From IMG/VR virus record IMGVR_UViG_3300041955_000531: DNA of 64,000 nt. One strand, given 5' to 3'. The notes beneath the pieces were generated by a model. It worked only from the letters and a program-made list of their open reading frames with translations. It was not told where the DNA came from and ran no database searches. Both the position numbers and the translations under genes were made by a program. This stretch comes from a virus. Below, one piece after another: positions 28,179 through 35,664 of the stretch (within the stretch, counting starts at the first letter, position 1; the number at the start of each line of letters is the position of its first letter).

Positions 28179-30629
28179 ATGTCCTTCACATTTGCAAACT
28201 TGCCGGGTGTTCAGGTTCAGACCGTAGACGGTGGTCTGGCCGCCGTTAACACCCCAACAAATCAATCGATCATGGTCCTTGGCACCTCCGCGACTGGACC
28301 CGCAAACAGCCCTTACCAGGTTGTAAGCGTTGCTACAGCAACCACTCTTTTCGGGCTGGATGGCACGCTAATCCGCGGTATGTCTGAAGCGGCCGTATAC
28401 TGCGACAATGTTTACCTGATGCGTATCGGTACTGCTCAGGGCACACTTCTGGTGGGAACTTCTGGCAGTGGTTTTGGTCCGAACAATCCTATCGAGAGTG
28501 CGGTATTAGTCGGTGGACAGATTACCTACACGTTAGTTGGCACACCAACTCCTGATCTCTTGCAAGGTTCTCCGTTCACTGTCACGGGTTTCACGGCTGC
28601 TTATTACAACGTTACAGCACAGCCGATCGCATCGGTTGGTGCTAACACAATCGTTGTTAACCTCACTGGTCATGTTGATGAGGCAATCGAGTCGCCAACA
28701 GTTACCGACACTTATTCCAGCTTCCCGACAGCTCAAGCAACTAGCACGACTTCTTTGACCCTTAACTTTACTGGCTCCCCAACAGCGGGGGTTGTAGTTG
28801 GATCAGAAGTTGTTCTGAGTGCTCTGGACGATTCTGCTCATGATGTAGGTTCGTGGAATACGAACTACATCGTTTCCCAAGTCACTGCTCATACGCTTGT
28901 CCTGACTGGTACAGGTCTTGTTGTGGGTGGACCTTCCACTCTTATAGCAGGTGCTTTGTCTGCTACCAAGGCTATCGGCAAGCAGCCTGTAGCTGCACAG
29001 CCTGGATATTTGATCACTCTCGGTCAGGTTGAAGCAGATGCCAACTCGCGTTACAGCGTATGGTATGCTGCTGGTGCACTCTCGATTTGGTTGGACAATG
29101 AACTTGTCTACTCTAATGACCCTGTTGTAACAGGCAGCAGTGCTGTTATCAACACTGGTGATTGCGTTATTTCTGGTTCGGCAACAGGCGGCACAGCAAT
29201 CGGTACAGGTACCGACAGCTTGGCAACTGCCGTTCAGATCCAGAATATCAGCGGTGGTGCAACTTATGTTGCTCCTCAGACTGGTATTGGTCTCACCGGC
29301 CGCCAGCTGTACATCGCTCAACAGAATGCGATGAACCTGCTTCAGGGCTTCCCGATCGACGAAGTTATCGTTCCTGGTGCTCTTGGCGACAACCCGAACG
29401 TTGCGTTCTATCTTACTGGACCTTCGCCCAACAATCCAGCTACCAACCCCAATGCTCTTGATTGGTTGTGGACTGGTGTTGATGCTCAGGGCAATCCTAT
29501 CTATCAGTGGGCTTCCGAGACTTTGTTCTGGAACTCCACAAACCAGTCTGCTGCGAGTGCTTTGCTGCGAGGTCAAGGTTCCACTACTACAGCGGTTTCA
29601 TTCTCCTTCAGCGATCCAACAACTCGTTTGGCATCTGGTGTTGGTGCTGGTGGAACAGTCCAGCCGTCAGGCTTCCATGAAGTCAACTTCGCATATCAGC
29701 TCGCGCGCTTCTGCTTCAATCAGAGCGAAGCTCCCCAGGCTGACAACGGTGGTGCTCTCGGCTTCATCGGCTTTAGTGGCCCTGCAAGCTTGAGCAACTT
29801 CTCGCTCCCGGCCGTGAAGGCATGGATTGGCTACCTGCCAGTTTATGATCCTATCACTGGTCTTGCAACAGTATCTGGTGCTGGTTTGCTCGGTATTCCT
29901 TACCTGGTTGGCTGTGCAGCATCCAGTTTGAATACAGCAACTACAGAGGGTGGATCTCGCGCACGCGTTCCTGGCTTGTTTGATTCGGATTCGGGCGAAT
30001 ATGATGGTGGTCCAGAGATCGACAGCAACGGTTACAAGGTCGACATGGGCGCTTATCTCTGCCCACAGGGTGATTATGCCCTCCTGTCGAACGGCTACGG
30101 CACATATGTCGGCAACATCTCTGGTATCATCGCCGGCTTGGTCAGCACTCTTGACCAGCAGAAGGCGGTTACCAATAAGCCAGTTGCGGGAGCACAGCAG
30201 CTCTATCGTGCAAGCCTCAACCAGCTCGATGCTCTCACATTCGCAGACGTCAACATGCTCCGTTACAAGGGTGTGGGTGCTCTGCCAGTTGCCTTGATCG
30301 ACAAGACCGCGGCAACATCAGCAAGTGATTATACATTGGCCCTCCGTCAGCGCATCAAGTTCCTCGTGATCCAGACGCTGCTTACCGAAGCTAACAACTA
30401 CATCGGTAACGGAACCAATGATGGTTTGTCCTTGGTGGCCTTGAAGACTTCTCTTGACGCCGACTGCTTGAACCTCCAAAAGCGCGGCTACCTCTCGAGC
30501 TACAACTTCACGATCACCTCTACCCCAGCCCAGCAGAAGATTGGTCAGGCCTCCATCCAGATCAGTTTCGTTCCTGCTAATGAGCTGGTTCAGTTGAATG
30601 CCACAATCGGCATTAACCTGAACGCCTAA
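28179..30629 (+). CDS. Tail sheath protein
   Basis: N-terminal FANLPGVQVQTVDGGL...VLGTSATGP; C-terminal sheath domain (TNKPV...QLDAL...YIGN...ISFVPANELVQLNATI). Confidence 0.92.
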   Translation: MSFTFANLPGVQVQTVDGGLAAVNTPTNQSIMVLGTSATGPANSPYQVVSVATATTLFGLDGTLIRGMSEAAVYCDNVYLMRIGTAQGTLLVGTSGSGFGPNNPIESAVLVGGQITYTLVGTPTPDLLQGSPFTVTGFTAAYYNVTAQPIASVGANTIVVNLTGHVDEAIESPTVTDTYSSFPTAQATSTTSLTLNFTGSPTAGVVVGSEVVLSALDDSAHDVGSWNTNYIVSQVTAHTLVLTGTGLVVGGPSTLIAGALSATKAIGKQPVAAQPGYLITLGQVEADANSRYSVWYAAGALSIWLDNELVYSNDPVVTGSSAVINTGDCVISGSATGGTAIGTGTDSLATAVQIQNISGGATYVAPQTGIGLTGRQLYIAQQNAMNLLQGFPIDEVIVPGALGDNPNVAFYLTGPSPNNPATNPNALDWLWTGVDAQGNPIYQWASETLFWNSTNQSAASALLRGQGSTTTAVSFSFSDPTTRLASGVGAGGTVQPSGFHEVNFAYQLARFCFNQSEAPQADNGGALGFIGFSGPASLSNFSLPAVKAWIGYLPVYDPITGLATVSGAGLLGIPYLVGCAASSLNTATTEGGSRARVPGLFDSDSGEYDGGPEIDSNGYKVDMGAYLCPQGDYALLSNGYGTYVGNISGIIAGLVSTLDQQKAVTNKPVAGAQQLYRASLNQLDALTFADVNMLRYKGVGALPVALIDKTAATSASDYTLALRQRIKFLVIQTLLTEANNYIGNGTNDGLSLVALKTSLDADCLNLQKRGYLSSYNFTITSTPAQQKIGQASIQISFVPANELVQLNATIGINLNA

Positions 30630-30640
30630 TAGTATCAACG

Positions 30641-30682
30641 GTTTAATCTGGGGCTGACTCTCGTGGTTGGCCCCGGGTAAAC
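30641..30682 (+). other. Long intergenic hairpin between sheath and tube genes, no U-tract
   Basis: GTTTA..CTGGGGCTGAC, loop, GTTGGCCCCGG..TAAAC. Confidence 0.6.
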
Positions 30683-30719
30683 TTCCTCAGTAGTATCTCC
30701 TCCCAGGAGTCATAAACAA

Positions 30720-31418
30720 ATGGCTATTAATACAAATAGCGGTAACTCGCTCGAAAGCGAAATCGCTCGTTCCTACAACTCGTTCTCAGGCTCGGACATC
30801 CGTGCCCAGATCGGCAACATCCCGTTCGCCGAGATCCAGGCGATCAGCTACAGTGTTACCCGCGAGAAGGCGCCTATCTATACGATGGGATCACCAGATC
30901 CTCGTGCCTTTAGCCGTAACAAGCGTGGCGTTGCTGGCTCCTTGGTCTGGATTAACTTCGATCGTCATGCTCTGTTGAACATCATCTATGAAGCATCAGG
31001 TGTATTCGTGGCTAACGTCGACGACGTTCGTCCGGAATACAACCCTGCCTCTCAACAGCAGCTTTCTCAGACAGCGATCTTCTCTTCGTCTCTTACCCGT
31101 GCGGTTCCTATCCCGCTCCCGACGACTGTCGACTCGGCAGAAGTGCCAATCAACTCCGTCTCGGGCTTCAAGCAGGAAGCAACTCCATGGTACTCGGATC
31201 AAATCCTCCCCTTTGACATCACTCTGGCCGGCACGAATGAAATCGGAGCCGCCACTACGATGAAGATCTTCGGTGTTGAGATCCTAAATGAAGGTATGGG
31301 AGTCAGCATCGATGACGCGGTGACCGAGATGCAAGCAACGTGGGTTGCTCGTCTCGTTGAGCCTTGGTCCGCTGTTGCGACCGCCTTCCCGAACCTCGCT
31401 GGTGAGGGTGGCAGTTAA
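30720..31418 (+). CDS. Tail tube protein
   Basis: Follows the sheath gene; SFSGSDI...QAISYSVTREKAPIYTMG...RGVAGSL...DQILPFDIT...GVEILNEG. Confidence 0.85.
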   Translation: MAINTNSGNSLESEIARSYNSFSGSDIRAQIGNIPFAEIQAISYSVTREKAPIYTMGSPDPRAFSRNKRGVAGSLVWINFDRHALLNIIYEASGVFVANVDDVRPEYNPASQQQLSQTAIFSSSLTRAVPIPLPTTVDSAEVPINSVSGFKQEATPWYSDQILPFDITLAGTNEIGAATTMKIFGVEILNEGMGVSIDDAVTEMQATWVARLVEPWSAVATAFPNLAGEGGS

Positions 31419-31434
31419 TCCGTAGGAGTTACCT

Positions 31435-31674
31435 ATGGGTTTCTTCTCACGTTTTGGTAAAGTTGCCGATCAGATCAATGCTTTTGGGATTGCTCATCCA
31501 AAAGCTACATCTGCCGTCCTACTTGGCACTGCAGGCTTAGCTTTCGGTGCTGGTGGTTATCAGATGTATCAGCATCATCGTAAAGCTGCGGCAATGCGCA
31601 AGTTCAATTCCATGTGGGCAAATGCCCATGGGACATTGGAAGATTCACAAGGCCGTGTTCGTGCGGCCTATTAA
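31435..31674 (+). CDS. Small basic protein with one TM helix
   Basis: AGGAG RBS; AVLLGTAGLAFGAGGY hydrophobic segment. Confidence 0.7.
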   Translation: MGFFSRFGKVADQINAFGIAHPKATSAVLLGTAGLAFGAGGYQMYQHHRKAAAMRKFNSMWANAHGTLEDSQGRVRAAY

Positions 31675-31705
31675 CTCTCAGGTTCGAAGCTAGTGCTCTA
31701 TCCAG

Positions 31706-31741
31706 GGGCTGCTGCTGATTCAGCAGCAGCCCTTTTGCTTT
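31706..31741 (+). terminator. Rho-independent terminator
   Basis: Perfect 12-bp stem GGGCTGCTGCTG-ATT-CAGCAGCAGCCC followed by TTTTGCTTT. Confidence 0.88.
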
Positions 31742-31754
31742 ATCCCTCCCTCCT

Positions 31755-32738
31755 ATGTCCATTCCCTCCCTCAGTGTAGTTACAGCTGGCTTTTCTCCAG
31801 TTAACGGCGACCAGACTTCCCTCCTTACGTCTGGTCTGTTTCCCGTTACTGAAAAGCAGCCGGGTCAATACGACTCAACCTCTACAACAACTCAGGGACA
31901 GCCAAACCCCACAGTAAGTGATCTAACTGATCAGACAGGAGGTTTGATCCCTACTGCTGGGAATACATTTCAAACATCGATTGGTATTCCGATCGGGACG
32001 GGCTCAGTCCCTTATGATTTGGAAGACTTGATCAATAATCCCAATGGGGGAATGGGACTCTCCATCTACAATCCAGATGGTACACTTACCACAGATCTCC
32101 AGAACAACTATTCAACCTACACAGGGACAGATCTGAAGATCATCGTGGATCTAGTCAACACAGACACCACAAGCACGATTCGCAAGAACCAGAAACAGCT
32201 GATTGAATGCACTACTTTCACTGTCTCCATCCACAGAGAGAAGTCTGCTGTGCGCGCGGCAGGCTACATCAATCCTAAGGGCTTTGCCCGCGGGCGCCGT
32301 ACAATAGCCGGTACGATGGTGCTCACTCAGTTCACCGTTGATATCCTGTACAGGTTCCTGATGGCTAACCAGTTATCCGCTCACGACCTGTCCAAGGATA
32401 CCTTCTATGTCAAGGTCGACCAACTTCCTCCATTCAATATGACCATGATCTTCACGGATGAGTTTGGCAATGCCAGCTATCGGCGTGTACTTGGTGTAGA
32501 CTTTGTGACCGATGGTGTGGTATACTCTACTAACGACATGATGACTGAACAGACTATCAGTTACATGGCCTCGGACTTCACACCTCTCTTGAACTTTGAA
32601 GCCAGTGCTTTGTTCCGTTCTGACAACGCTGGCCAGAGCGTGGCTACCGAGAATACCGTCGAATCAGTCATGAACAGCAAGCAACAGTTTGCTATCCCTC
32701 CGACCAACATCTTTTCCACACAAGGTAGTGGGTACTAA
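31755..32738 (+). CDS. Tail tube paralogue (tube initiator-like)
   Basis: TYTGTDL...TVSIHREK...GFARGRRTIAGTM...DQLPPFNMT...GVDFVTDG aligns by eye with the tube protein. Confidence 0.8.
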   Translation: MSIPSLSVVTAGFSPVNGDQTSLLTSGLFPVTEKQPGQYDSTSTTTQGQPNPTVSDLTDQTGGLIPTAGNTFQTSIGIPIGTGSVPYDLEDLINNPNGGMGLSIYNPDGTLTTDLQNNYSTYTGTDLKIIVDLVNTDTTSTIRKNQKQLIECTTFTVSIHREKSAVRAAGYINPKGFARGRRTIAGTMVLTQFTVDILYRFLMANQLSAHDLSKDTFYVKVDQLPPFNMTMIFTDEFGNASYRRVLGVDFVTDGVVYSTNDMMTEQTISYMASDFTPLLNFEASALFRSDNAGQSVATENTVESVMNSKQQFAIPPTNIFSTQGSGY

Positions 32739-34072
32739 TGGCACTTTACAGCCCAGTCGTATTGACCGTCATTGATGGGACAACCAATGATCCTGTCGAT
32801 GATGCACAGGTGTTTATCAATGGCTCGGGCAACTTCGATCCCACGCAGTTCACAGTAGTAACTGACTCAACAGGCAGTGCGACATTCCAAGTGCCTTTGA
32901 ATCCCGTGCAGGTTCAGATGCAGATCAAGGCTGTTGGATATCAAACTCTGAGTCAGCTTCTGTCAGTTAGCACAACAGTTGCTCAGTCAATACAGATTAC
33001 ACTGACTCCTACTACCCCAGCCAAAACTAATATTGAGTTGTGGTTTATCCCCGCGGTCCCTGGTATCTCCTGGGGTCTTTCAGGACCAGCCAGCGACAGT
33101 GGAGTAACAGATAATGCAGGGACTTCCACAACCCTGAATCCCATCCCGCTCGGCACATATACCCTAGCCGCCACTCTCGCAGGCTATCAGCCTTATAGCC
33201 AACCCTTTGTAGTTACAAACCAGATTGATGCTTATACGATCACTTTGGTTAAGCTGGCTGACCCAAACAACGGACAGCAAACAGGCAATGCTACTGACTC
33301 ATCCCAAAGCACTTCCCAGCCTTCCAGCATTGTAAGCAGCACTTCTACCGTTCCTCCTGCGCCGGCGGAATACACCTATCCTAACTCCGAGTACGACAGG
33401 TACTTCACCGTCACCGGCGCGCGTATGTACATCGGAAATATCTTCATAGATGAGCTGAACTCCGTTCAGTATGCCCTCCAAGATAACGCGGTTCCTATCT
33501 ATGGTTATGCCAGCCGCTACGTGGATGCTTATGCCCAAGGTCGATCGCTGGTACAGGGGCAGTTCACTATCAACTTTGTGACAGAGGGGTATCTGTACAC
33601 TGTCATGCAGGAGTATCAGAGGTTCCTGCAGAACACTCAGAATACCCAGGCTCTGGTAAACAGCCCCGCCCAGCAAACTATCATTACTATTTTGGGTAAG
33701 ATGGCTGCTCGTGATAGTCTATTACAGCAGGCAAATAACAACCCGAACGATACAGGTTCGGCTAAGCAGGCGGCCAATCTACAGATCCAAATCAATGCTC
33801 TGAGAGCTGGTTTAACTCCAGAGCAGATGCAGACATTGGCGACGAACATCACACAGCAGAACACTAGCTTTTCTGATGTGATTGGGTTCGACAATGCCGT
33901 TTACCAGGATGTGCTGTTTGACATCCGCATTGAACTAGGTAACGAGATCACGGGAGTAAAGCGTGTTCGCTACTTGGAGAAGTGCAAGCTGATTTCGAAT
34001 GAACAGGTGATGGCCCAAGATGGCCAGACCATTCTGGACTCCTATGGGTTCATCGCAAGGCGGCTAAGATAA
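32738..34072 (+). CDS. Tail tube paralogue with N-terminal Ig-like (carboxypeptidase-regulatory/PEGA-like) domains
   Basis: C-terminal YFTVTGARMYIG...PIYGYAS...GRSLVQGQFTINF; N-terminal TDSTG/TDNAG...GTYTL...GYQ domains. Confidence 0.75.
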   Translation: MALYSPVVLTVIDGTTNDPVDDAQVFINGSGNFDPTQFTVVTDSTGSATFQVPLNPVQVQMQIKAVGYQTLSQLLSVSTTVAQSIQITLTPTTPAKTNIELWFIPAVPGISWGLSGPASDSGVTDNAGTSTTLNPIPLGTYTLAATLAGYQPYSQPFVVTNQIDAYTITLVKLADPNNGQQTGNATDSSQSTSQPSSIVSSTSTVPPAPAEYTYPNSEYDRYFTVTGARMYIGNIFIDELNSVQYALQDNAVPIYGYASRYVDAYAQGRSLVQGQFTINFVTEGYLYTVMQEYQRFLQNTQNTQALVNSPAQQTIITILGKMAARDSLLQQANNNPNDTGSAKQAANLQIQINALRAGLTPEQMQTLATNITQQNTSFSDVIGFDNAVYQDVLFDIRIELGNEITGVKRVRYLEKCKLISNEQVMAQDGQTILDSYGFIARRLR

Positions 34073-34191
34073 TGCATTGGGGTGATATCATATTTTGTGT
34101 CGTGGCTGTCATCGTTGTGGCCCGCGGCATGATCAAGGAGTGGAAACGAGTTTATGGAAACCATGGAAGATGTGATACGGAAGAGGGGTAG
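34072..34191 (+). CDS. Tiny membrane protein (39 aa)
   Basis: Translated by hand: MHWGDIIFCVVAVIVVARGMIKEWKRVYGNHGRCDTEEG; TAATG coupling to the upstream gene. Confidence 0.45.
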   Translation: MHWGDIIFCVVAVIVVARGMIKEWKRVYGNHGRCDTEEG

Positions 34192-34312
34192 TAAGTATTG
34201 TGTCCTCTCTGAGAAGGGTAAGAACCTAGGCTGCAGCAAGTCTAAGCATCAGGCTCACGTCCGACTTGGTCAAGTTGAGTTTTTCAAAAAGAAGTCTCGC
34301 AAGAAGAAGTAA
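34172..34312 (+). CDS. Small very basic protein (46 aa)
   Basis: Translated by hand: MIRKRGSKYCVLSEKGKNLGCSKSKHQAHVRLGQVEFFKKKSRKKK; GTG start, with in-frame ATGs at 34154 and 34163. Confidence 0.6.
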   Translation: MIRKRGSKYCVLSEKGKNLGCSKSKHQAHVRLGQVEFFKKKSRKKK

Positions 34313-34321
34313 TGTTATAAT
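34313..34321 (+). promoter_or_regulatory. Extended -10 promoter (TGnTATAAT)
   Basis: TGTTATAAT is the exact consensus; followed by an AGGAG RBS and the ATG at 34343. Confidence 0.6.
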
Positions 34322-34342
34322 AGATCATCAGGAGAATCTAGA

Positions 34343-34807
34343 ATGACTACCGAAGATGTAGTAGCTACACCAGAACAGCCCGAACCAAAGCCTGTCGACA
34401 AGTCAAACATGGACCCTCACGAGTTCCTCGCATCCCTGCCTGGCGCCCCCACGAAGGACATGATTGCTGCCTGGAAGCAGCAAGCTCCCAACAACAGACT
34501 CGAGGTCTTCACTCCCGACGGTAAGCGTGCTTACATCGTCCGCGGATTGACAGGTCTTGAACTGACCACGATCCAAAAGCAGATCCAATCCATGGCGACC
34601 CCAGTGGCGGATCCCGAACTCGAGATGCAACTCCATGCTGTTGTCAAGGCCGTTGTCTGGACGAACGCAGGCCAGAATGGAAAGCTCACCGATGTCGGTT
34701 TGCGCACTGGCGCTGCTGGCCTCCCGGCCACCTTGTTCACCAAGGTAACAAAGCTGTCGGATTTCATGGATCCGCAGCAGATTGAGTTCCTTTCCGCTGA
34801 GCTGTAA
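34343..34807 (+). CDS. Tail assembly chaperone
   Basis: IAAWKQQ...YIVRGLTGLE...AGLPATL...LSDF; lies between tube and tape-measure-like genes. Confidence 0.7.
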   Translation: MTTEDVVATPEQPEPKPVDKSNMDPHEFLASLPGAPTKDMIAAWKQQAPNNRLEVFTPDGKRAYIVRGLTGLELTTIQKQIQSMATPVADPELEMQLHAVVKAVVWTNAGQNGKLTDVGLRTGAAGLPATLFTKVTKLSDFMDPQQIEFLSAEL

Positions 34808-34809
34808 TC

Positions 34810-35376
34810 ATGACAACTAGGGCCGCCACTTGGCCCAGTGGGACACGTGTAATCTGGCGTGACCTCACTTGGGGAGAGTACCGAGATGCCCGTTCTCGTC
34901 AAGGGCCTCCCGCTGAAGTAGCCCTACACGTCTATAAACTATGTGTTATCCACGGTCCACGGCCGGAAGAGCTTCCGGCCGGGATCATGATGTGGATCTA
35001 CAAGGACCAGCTTGAGAAGAGCCCCTTCTCTGGATCCTTCCAGACTATATCTCTTCCGCTAGAGAATGCACGCAAGAAGGTATCAGAGTCTTATCTTCTG
35101 TGCGCGCAGGCTTTCATAGCATCTGTATTCAAGATCCCTTTCGAGGTGATGAATGACTGGAGCGCGGAAACACTACTCGTACGCCTCGCCCAGGCTGAGT
35201 TTGTTAGCGGCGTGCCACTCAACCCGGTGGATCCTAAGGCCACTAAGTCTGCTAAGGGCAGTAATAAGAGACCGAAGCGGCCCCTTACCGACGCCCAGCA
35301 AATAGCAATAGAGAGGAAAAATGATCCAGCTTTCAATCGCCGCCCAGGACAAGCTCGCCAGCGTCCTCAAAGATAA
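34810..35376 (+). CDS. Second tail assembly chaperone
   Basis: VIWRDLTWGEY...PAGI resembles the upstream chaperone; C-terminal LLVRLAQAE. Confidence 0.65.
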   Translation: MTTRAATWPSGTRVIWRDLTWGEYRDARSRQGPPAEVALHVYKLCVIHGPRPEELPAGIMMWIYKDQLEKSPFSGSFQTISLPLENARKKVSESYLLCAQAFIASVFKIPFEVMNDWSAETLLVRLAQAEFVSGVPLNPVDPKATKSAKGSNKRPKRPLTDAQQIAIERKNDPAFNRRPGQARQRPQR

Positions 35377-35659
35377 TCCAGATCTATCAGCCGTCAGGAT
35401 GGGTGTAGAAGGTGGCGGCTGTTCGGGCTTTCAATATCACATGAGTCTAGGGCCTTGTGAGAGGTGGCCTGCTGATTATGAGACAGCCTGGAATCTATAT
35501 ACTTTTGGAGACTTAAAGGTCTATGTTGACCCAATGAGTGAGATGTATCTAGATGGTGTTACCGTAGACTACATCGATACCATTCCTGAGTCCGGATTCA
35601 AGTTCACTAACCCAAACGTAAAGACAGCCTGTGGTTGTGGTAAGAGCTTCAGCGTTTAA
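35321..35659 (+). CDS. iscA: A-type iron-sulfur cluster carrier (IscA/ErpA/HesB family)
   Basis: VRMGVEGGGCSGFQY, VYVDPMSEMYLDGVTVDY and GFKFTNPNVKTACGCGKSF, with all three Cys ligands; GAGAGGA RBS. Confidence 0.95.
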   Translation: MIQLSIAAQDKLASVLKDNPDLSAVRMGVEGGGCSGFQYHMSLGPCERWPADYETAWNLYTFGDLKVYVDPMSEMYLDGVTVDYIDTIPESGFKFTNPNVKTACGCGKSFSV

Positions 35660-35664
35660 TATGC

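Noticed and set aside
34780-34830. Programmed frameshift joining the two tail chaperones (lambda G/GT style)
   Set aside because: No slippery heptamer near the end of the first gene, and the second gene has its own ATG 2 nt after the stop.
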